From positions 1 to 33,141 of the forward strand of contig JAJYKS010000007.1 in assembly GCA_021788365.1 (NCBI GenBank): a stretch of DNA of 33,141 nucleotides, in the 5' to 3' direction. A program made the position numbers and the translations under genes. Of this stretch, positions 29,101-33,141 are shown piece after piece (position 1 is the first letter of the stretch; every line of letters begins with the position of its first letter). This stretch comes from a bacterium (GTDB lineage: Bacteria; Patescibacteriota; Microgenomatia; UBA1400; UBA12108). The notes under the pieces are model-generated. The model was given only the letters and a program-made list of their open reading frames with translations. It did not search any database and was not told the DNA's origin.

Positions 29101-32100
29101 ACGGACTCACCTCAGAGGCAGGAGTTGCCCAATACAGACGCGGATATTATGAAGTAGGGGCTATTGGTGCCTCATTTATTCCAAGCATTTTAGGTACAGC
29201 CACCGGTGCCAACCAGATTACCTCGCTTGCCGCCACCGCCGGAACTTCAACTGTCGACGGCAAATCAAACACGCTCTACATCGGTACCACCTCTGGCCTT
29301 ACGGTATTACAAGAGAATCAAGGATCGGGGAACATCACAGACGGCTCGGAAGAATCCTCCGGTTCCGTCAAATACTACACCAAAGACTACGTCTCCGAAG
29401 AAATGGTCGGCGACATCCGCGGCATGTGGCCGCTCTCCAGTAATGGCGCATTATCTTTAACCGACGCCTCTATAAAAGGAGATACTCTCACCAATAACGG
29501 TAGTGTCACCGCTATTTCCGGCGTGCGTGGTATGGCGGCCAGCTTCAATGGAAGTAATTACTTATCCTGTACCGACGCGGCCTGTGGAGGAACGACCAAA
29601 TTAGACTCCGGCGGCACTACTTGGAGCTATGGTGCTTGGTATAAAACAACAATGACAGGGTCAGGGGGAACGGCTGGAAGAATTATTGGTAAATGGGGTA
29701 ATGGAACTGCTGGAATAGCATCGTATTTATTATCCATGGGAGATTCTGGCACCGGAAAATTGAGAGGCGTTATACAAAACAGCTCTGCAACACAAGGTAT
29801 TGTTGACGACACAACGACAAGTAATGATGGCAGCTGGCACTACGCCGTAGTAACGTATGATGGAGCTAGCCTTAAACTATATCGAGATGGACAACTAGTT
29901 AACCAAACCGCCACTACTGTCACAATCGCTGATGGAACGGCTGGTTTTGCGGTTGGAGCGGCTGACACACCAGGCTATTATTTTACCGGCTCCATCGACG
30001 AGCCCTTCGTGACCGCCACGGCTCTTTCTGCTGGTCAGGTTAAACACATGTACGAGGTAGGTGCTCGTGCCCTCCAGTCTCACGCCACAACCCTGGGTGG
30101 TGGTGGAGCCGATCTCAATCAAGAGTTAGGTGGCTCGGTCAATACGGTAGGAGACGCTCGCCCCGACTACAACAACCAGTTTATGTATGTCGGTACCAAT
30201 GACGCGACGAATGGCAGGGTATCTAAGATTAGCTTAAACAGTGATACCAACGTCAAGACGTATGACAAAACCACCAATACCCCCACGGGAGGGACACTCC
30301 TAGCCAACGACGATACCAACACTCTCGCCGTCGGCTACAACCTAGAGACCGTGGGGAGTGCCACCAGTGGAGTCAAGACTATGGGGGTAGATGACTATGC
30401 AACGGCCACGAGCGGCAGCTACTACAGCAAGACCTACACCCTCCCCCAGAATATTGGCTCGGCTGTGCTCTGGGCATCCCCAATCCTGGATAGTGCAGAC
30501 GCCGGCAACACGCTAACGGTCAAGGCCTCGGTCGACGGTGGTAGCACCTACACTACCTGTACCCTGGCCAGCACCGATTCCGCTCCCACCGTCCCCGAAA
30601 AAGAATATGCCTGCACCTTCCCCGCCTCCGGCTCTTCCCTCAAGATCCGCTTCGACTTTGCCCGCGGTTCTACGAAAACCAACACCTATCTCGTCCAGTA
30701 CGGCATCTCCTGGCTCGGCCAGAGTGGCTTTAAAATCGAGCAAACTGACAACAACACCGTCCGCCTCTACAACTACTCCGGAGAAACCCAAAACCTCCGC
30801 CTCGACGTCGTGACCGGCGGCCTCGGCAGGAACTCCGGCACCATCAGCCTGGCCCCCTCCGTGGCCGACGTCAACGCCAACTCCAACACCAACAGTATCT
30901 GGGTGAATAATACCGGCACCGGCGGCAATCTTCTCAAATTACAGTCAGGGGGAACCGATGTCCTTTCGCTCACACCCACGGGCAATCTGACCCTGACCGG
31001 CGACTTGCATTTGACGGGTAAGCTCTACGATTCAAATGTCACATCGGGCATCAGTCTCGGCGATGCGAGCAACTCCTCCCTGGTCGGCTTTGGCGCCTCC
31101 TCCTTGGTCGGCGCCCTCAACGAACTTAAAAATAGCAACGCCAACATCTCCCACAACGACTATCTCGATTGGGCCAATTACTATACCGCTAAAGCCGAAG
31201 GATCAAACTCCAACGTCAACAGTGCTCTGAACGGCCTCTTCTTCGACACCTTCGCCGATAGTACCAAACTGGACAGCGCCAACTCCACGAGTAGCGGCGC
31301 CATTCAAATCTCGGATCCATCCGCCGCTGTCAAACCTTCGGCGCCCTTCCGTGTCGGTCTCATGGGTGGCCAAACCATGAGTGCGGGGACAACCGACAAT
31401 GCGGGGAATACCTATCTTGGGAGTAGTACAGTCAACAAGGTCTTCTACTACGACCGTACCAAAGATAGTATCCCCCAGGTCCAGGTGGAGCTAGGGATCG
31501 ATCCTAACTGGTACAACGGAGTAACCTTGTCGGTGGCAACAACCAGTGCCCAGTTTAGCCAGAACAGTACCACTCCCCAGAAGAATCCGAACCTAAGTAC
31601 CACCTACAACGGCTCCCTGATCAAAGCCACGGGGACATATAGCAGTAACGCCAAGACTATCTATATCACCATCAAATCCCCCACCACCTTTGACTGGACC
31701 GACTACAACGGCCAGGCTGCTACCGGTGTCACCATGACTCCCGGGACAGCCCAGGCACTCGGGACAACCGGTGTCTCCGCAACCTTTACCTCCGCCTCCT
31801 ACAACGTGGGCGATGTCTTCCGTATTGCTTCATGGTTTGTCGAGCCCGCTTCCGCCACTCGCGGTAGCAAAGCTCAATTCCCGGAGAGGAGTAATATTAT
31901 TGGCACTTTAGCCAATAATACCAGTATTATTGATGCCGATACTCAAAAATTGTGGATGTCATTTACTGGAGGAAATAACAATACCGCGGCCACAATGACC
32001 ATGCTGGGGTATGAATCTAATTCGATAAATGCTCTCAACGGAGTTATTTATTCCGGAACTCCAAATAGCAACAATGTAGGTTTAACAATGATCCGCTTCA

Positions 32101-33141
32101 ATGTAGACTCTGCTTCTCATGCTGACGGTGGAGGGAATAATTATATGACCTGGAAAGGATCGGGGATTGCTGGCCGTAATGTTGCCTCAGGATATTCAAC
32201 TACTAATTCCTCCATATCTATTGTTAGTTCAGTTGTTAACGACGTCTCCGCCGCCGTCATCCCCAACCAACCCACCCAAACTGTGACGGTGAGTGGGTGG
32301 GGGTATATCCAAGGGAGCGGCCTTGGAACGATGGCTGAAACAGTTAGATTACCATATAAATTCAACGACATTCCAAATATAGTAACCAACATAGGGGGCG
32401 CGACAAACAGTGGCGCGCCTACAAATCTTTCAAGTTGTACAACTGGCGCATTCGGTTACGGTACGATTGCTGCTTCCGCCTCTTCTGTAGGAAATTCTTC
32501 ATTTACGGTAAACATGACCATGCCTAGTGGTACTTTTAGCTCCTCATATTATTATTGCTACACCTGGACCGCAACCGGCACCGTCTCTCCTAAGCAGTTT
32601 GTGGCCGTGGCAACCCAAGTTGGCAATACGGTCATTAATGAAACTAACCAATCATCTATCAATGTTTATAATAACGGATCTGGTTATCCAAATAAAAAGA
32701 TCTTCCTTACTTCAAAAGGCGAACTCTATTACACGGAAGATCTCACTCTTGCCAGAGCAGAAGACCAGCTTTTGGTAAAACGGAACGTTGCAGGACTCAC
32801 TACAAATCAAACTGGCGCCAATGGGTTTGATTATTATTACAATCATCAGTCCACCTCTATCCCCTCATTGGGAAGTCTGGCCTATGTCCATAGCTTGTAT
32901 GTAACCGAAAATACATCAACCTATATAAACGGTGGAAACACTGTCTATTTTGGTGATGATGGGGGTCTAAAACTAATTCAAGAAAATAGTAACTACGGAA
33001 ATGCGAGCGACGCGGGTGGTGGAACACCTGGTGGTTCCGTCAAATACTACACCAAAGACTACATTTCCGAGGAAATGGTCGGGGATGTCCGCTTAATGAC
33101 ACCATTTGCCGGAACTTCTGCATTATCTACCAACACCACTC
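20139..33141 (+). CDS. Giant (>4,330 aa, 3'-truncated) membrane-anchored protein: two integrase SAM-like core-binding domains, TM, fibre-like beta repeats, and ~1,160-1,230-aa modules with H-lectin/gp53-like and LamG domains
   Basis: Hand translation from ATG 20139 (MKPNTAHPTFDTIL...). The frame is consistent at every repeat checked and at the window end (..KYYTKDYISEEMVGDVR..). It is absent from the ORF track, which fits an ORF with no stop inside the window. Confidence 0.92.
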   Translation, partial: MKPNTAHPTFDTILATCKQFLASTHLSLTSRKLYLADIKRFLHWLQASKTLSESKGSPLDILTQPSNYTSYMESLRNNGADKSVLLRALASLKQLGTVLSATYSIANPTDGFTLKQRSDLSEDRIFAENYIKPFTNQLESEHLSPLTVRSYKSDVTRYLHWASSNTPSTQMDAVLGTKNREKYLDHLRQIDGMSSATIERKGKSIARFATWYAGAYPHAVLPDSSSAHLASGIGPIRPIRPIGPIRIGSSVPEEPIDSVKKNNSRKRFFLPIPRLFGPGSELLGVRNLLPFAILLLFTITLGVFSYRQFSRDRVVLTEAYPSTPVTPNRQISFQGRLENAGGTPITSATNFVFKLFDAASAGTQLYSSGTCSVTPDSDGVFNTQIGSTCGSAITSDVFTQNANVYLEVTVGAETLTPRQQIATVAYALNSETLQGFPISATVSAVRNTVVPMNQWGEILVGEQNPRMTGVSGTFQISAPALSLATTTGSSGNITIAPDGTGQVNVNGNTTTTNFFNVADAQLSTGTLITGTVGNNTTGFKLLDLLSGTSPTSKFSVDASGNTTLAGTLSLPNSNTLTGVTNYIEASGGLAVGSGTTYKLTSTGDLYANNIYTGGTQRLDSAGNLTNIGTTQLHGVTYTWPSADAGSSGYVLSSNAGGTLSWVAQTGGGGSTYWRLATGALSPVNDTLDLLLGGNATGSAKIGLINVNSGTPTATIAGTTANVATYLNGNGTLGTTNAQTLTLGSISTGNVILAPGGTTALTAAGANLTAAGTLTLPSTNTLTGVTNYLQLSQGLSVGGGTTYYIAGNGNGNLNGLTLGAALALPNTNSLTGVSGYVQFNNGISVGAATAYHFDNTGNLVAQGVSGTSLTDSGLTPGSIVFAGMAGLLSQNNGNFYWDNTNKHLGVGASGTNLLGTLDLRSTLGTLPVATISGATSMASLMVDQSGVGDLLTASKSGATKFVVANNGNVGIGTANPSYLLDVNGNARIVGATFTNNVYFANSSDTTGYYVDVNGNAKFLDLIASDTGNPGLTVGNGSIGFAKIGGSTISDNAGNLTLASDTGTTDITGNATTTGYVTVGNGIINSGVADGTSALGFTLNTNNTLTGADAKLLSIKNNGTEKMYLDASGNLYVSGTITSGAGFSVTAVNKSGGTVAKKALVVLDPTNANAFTTTTTPYSKAVFGVVQGVEVNSDTNNNGACDANETCLIAVAGEVDVTIKNTTTVAKGDYLFTSDTAGSAFSSAKQYDGLVGVVSDTTNAGSGYVKMIFKVQPQVTASAAIDKTSKHNEYWLYANDYTAVNEGTNTNANLLARGLTFDNFYDNTKTDSANTTVSGPAPVGGAAAPYRAGLMGGQTMSAATTDNAGNTYLGSSTVNKVFYYDRTKDSIPQVQVELGIDPNWYNGVTLSVATTSAQFSQNSTTPQKNPNLSTSYNGSLIKATGTYSSNAKTIYITIKSPTTFDWTDYNGQAATGVTMTPGTAQALGATGVSATFTSASYNVGDVFKIASWFTEPSSSTRGAKAQFPERSNIVATASSVDVIDADTQKLWMRFSTGGTTINNSNMIGATADPLNSTTALNGEIITANTGTVSNSTTFIRFFSDEARIANATGGNGHKYNGGISQRNSGLGIITSIYANFNIVAPQANDVAAAVIPNQPTGQVTVSGWGYIQGAAATNVSEAVNLPYKFNNIPKVNISYTGAKPTTAPTSLSDCNAAYNRYTVWTGPVTTTGFSAFIGLTDAADGNMSSSYYFCYTWTATGVVSPKQFVAVATGSSSSNGGTTVINETDGTSINISIGSQSGGTVWQDKVAFANNTLYLGGGGTPTPTYLAVYYGVHGLSASETSWAQYRNGYYFVGQQSSGWSATGPVILGANGARFTSLVATPNTSTINSHSNTIYAGTASGLSVIQENQGGGNVADGSVESSGSVKYYTKDYVSEEMVGDVRGMWPLSASGALSLSDVSVKGNTLTNTGSVTAVSGVRGMGATFNGSNYLSIADNSSLNLSGGSTMSVGAWFKTTSSGTVIAKTQGGVSYPDFYLVVGAISSGKITFTMSVTAGTSQVAVTSNTTVNDGNWHYAIGSYDGANMNLYIDGKLDNTAARTGAVYHNASASLAIGAVLGTPNSSFLTGSVDEPFVTATALSASQVKHMYEVGARALQSHATTLGGGGADLNQELGGSVNTVGDARPDYNNQFMYVGTNDATNGRVSKISLNSDTNVKTYDKTTNTPTGGTLLANDNTNTLAVGYNLETVGSATSGVKTIGIDSYATATSGNFIGKTVTTAESFNQAYVWSQYTLDSSDASNTVAVWASNDGGSNYYQCNLTNTDSSQSPPEYEYFCQFNTPGTSLKTKFVMARGSTKTNTYITRYGVAWVSGDAVASAPGGNGLYTNTNTAVASGSYIDVAHNQGTNDLLTNAWINSQSVWKSLDASYQPAIAWAGKDTEKGVYHNAVNSYVPTAETTDTTTNLASGLLFDTFEDQTKTDSGSTTASITTQKPDDGAANYMTLQNRVQSGRVGLMGGQTMSAATTDNAGNTYLGSSTVNKVFYYDRTKDSIPQVQVELGIDPNWYNGVTLSVATTSAQFSQNSTTPQKNPNLSTSYNGSLIKATGTYSSNAKTIYITIKSPTTFDWTDYNGQAATGVTMTPGTAQALGTTGVSATFTSASYNVGDVFRIASWFVEPASATRGSKAQFPERSNVITQNNYTDIIDADTQKLWMRFNVVAWKTSYVALSANMLNGILYIANNNSAGSDGNLRRLNFAIDNDNYLYEGSTFKAIGAQTTIAARNIAGTSNVIIAPIGLVSRYANDVSAAVIPNQPTGQVTVSGWGYVAGDGVSTVLTEAVNFPYKFNTTPTVQVSWAGQVASTPTSLSSCATSGGSGAGLGSTTAAAVGTNTFNVSMAKNTNVFASGVYFCYTWTATGVVSPKQFVAVAEGTSIAGGATDVINETDGTVAHIMSANGAVNTLNYQSKVAIAGNNLYMGDGYLPSTGISSVDIYHGIHGLTSEAGVAQYRRGYYEVGAIGASFIPSILGTATGANQITSLAATAGTSTVDGKSNTLYIGTTSGLTVLQENQGSGNITDGSEESSGSVKYYTKDYVSEEMVGDIRGMWPLSSNGALSLTDASIKGDTLTNNGSVTAISGVRGMAASFNGSNYLSCTDAACGGTTKLDSGGTTWSYGAWYKTTMTGSGGTAGRIIGKWGNGTAGIASYLLSMGDSGTGKLRGVIQNSSATQGIVDDTTTSNDGSWHYAVVTYDGASLKLYRDGQLVNQTATTVTIADGTAGFAVGAADTPGYYFTGSIDEPFVTATALSAGQVKHMYEVGARALQSHATTLGGGGADLNQELGGSVNTVGDARPDYNNQFMYVGTNDATNGRVSKISLNSDTNVKTYDKTTNTPTGGTLLANDDTNTLAVGYNLETVGSATSGVKTMGVDDYATATSGSYYSKTYTLPQNIGSAVLWASPILDSADAGNTLTVKASVDGGSTYTTCTLASTDSAPTVPEKEYACTFPASGSSLKIRFDFARGSTKTNTYLVQYGISWLGQSGFKIEQTDNNTVRLYNYSGETQNLRLDVVTGGLGRNSGTISLAPSVADVNANSNTNSIWVNNTGTGGNLLKLQSGGTDVLSLTPTGNLTLTGDLHLTGKLYDSNVTSGISLGDASNSSLVGFGASSLVGALNELKNSNANISHNDYLDWANYYTAKAEGSNSNVNSALNGLFFDTFADSTKLDSANSTSSGAIQISDPSAAVKPSAPFRVGLMGGQTMSAGTTDNAGNTYLGSSTVNKVFYYDRTKDSIPQVQVELGIDPNWYNGVTLSVATTSAQFSQNSTTPQKNPNLSTTYNGSLIKATGTYSSNAKTIYITIKSPTTFDWTDYNGQAATGVTMTPGTAQALGTTGVSATFTSASYNVGDVFRIASWFVEPASATRGSKAQFPERSNIIGTLANNTSIIDADTQKLWMSFTGGNNNTAATMTMLGYESNSINALNGVIYSGTPNSNNVGLTMIRFNVDSASHADGGGNNYMTWKGSGIAGRNVASGYSTTNSSISIVSSVVNDVSAAVIPNQPTQTVTVSGWGYIQGSGLGTMAETVRLPYKFNDIPNIVTNIGGATNSGAPTNLSSCTTGAFGYGTIAASASSVGNSSFTVNMTMPSGTFSSSYYYCYTWTATGTVSPKQFVAVATQVGNTVINETNQSSINVYNNGSGYPNKKIFLTSKGELYYTEDLTLARAEDQLLVKRNVAGLTTNQTGANGFDYYYNHQSTSIPSLGSLAYVHSLYVTENTSTYINGGNTVYFGDDGGLKLIQENSNYGNASDAGGGTPGGSVKYYTKDYISEEMVGDVRLMTPFAGTSALSTNTT
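24060..27509 (+). repeat. Giant-gene module copy 1
   Basis: Block starting CTCATGGGTGGCCAAACCATGAGTGC at 24180 recurs at 27660 (+3480) and 31359 (+3699). Boundaries approximate. Confidence 0.9.
27510..31224 (+). repeat. Giant-gene module copy 2
   Basis: About 440 bp nearly identical to copy 1 from 27660, and about 400 bp from ~30000 nearly identical to ~26515 onward. Confidence 0.9.
31225..33141 (+). repeat. Giant-gene module copy 3 (truncated by window)
   Basis: Same conserved blocks at 31359, ~32238, ~32556 and ~33033. Confidence 0.9.

Noticed and set aside
20096-32778. Many short ORFs on the minus strand or in alternative frames (e.g. 26748..27674, 23610..24194)
   Set aside because: These are shadows of the giant + strand ORF, with no recognisable motifs.
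19461-33141. Diversity-generating retroelement (Avd-like fold gene next to a repeated, variable target)
   Set aside because: No reverse transcriptase in the window. Differences between repeat copies are mostly synonymous and not adenine-specific, and no TR/VR pair was seen.
1-33141. Alternative genetic code (TGA = Gly)
   Set aside because: Long ORFs are intact under code 11, and TGA ends genes at sensible positions (3504, 12946).

Overview
Bacterial chromosomal window of roughly mid-50s % GC by eye, translated with the standard code (TGA = stop). Gene content and style suggest a Patescibacteria/CPR (Microgenomates-like) genome; this is inference. In order it contains: a compact T-box-like leader at the left edge (minus strand); a surface-protein operon (WxL-like subunits, a DUF916-like chaperone, an adjacent dockerin and cohesin pair); an XRE regulator; the competence genes comEA and a split comEC; an EamA transporter; leuS preceded by a Leu-rich leader peptide and attenuator; membrane proteins; a second WxL/DUF916-like surface cluster; a four-helix-bundle protein gene; and a giant ORF that is missing from the ORF track. 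That ORF starts at 20139, stays open to the window end (>4,330 aa), and joins two integrase core-binding (SAM-like) domains through one TM helix to a huge fibre/lectin ectodomain. The ectodomain holds ~3.5-3.7 kb repeats in which near-identical DNA blocks alternate with variable AT-rich segments. The window is also full of in-frame micro-elements: 9-nt tandem arrays clustered around the four-helix-bundle gene, 7/8-nt arrays, a CCTGAG..CGAAGG mini-palindrome family, and REP-like hairpins inside essential genes.
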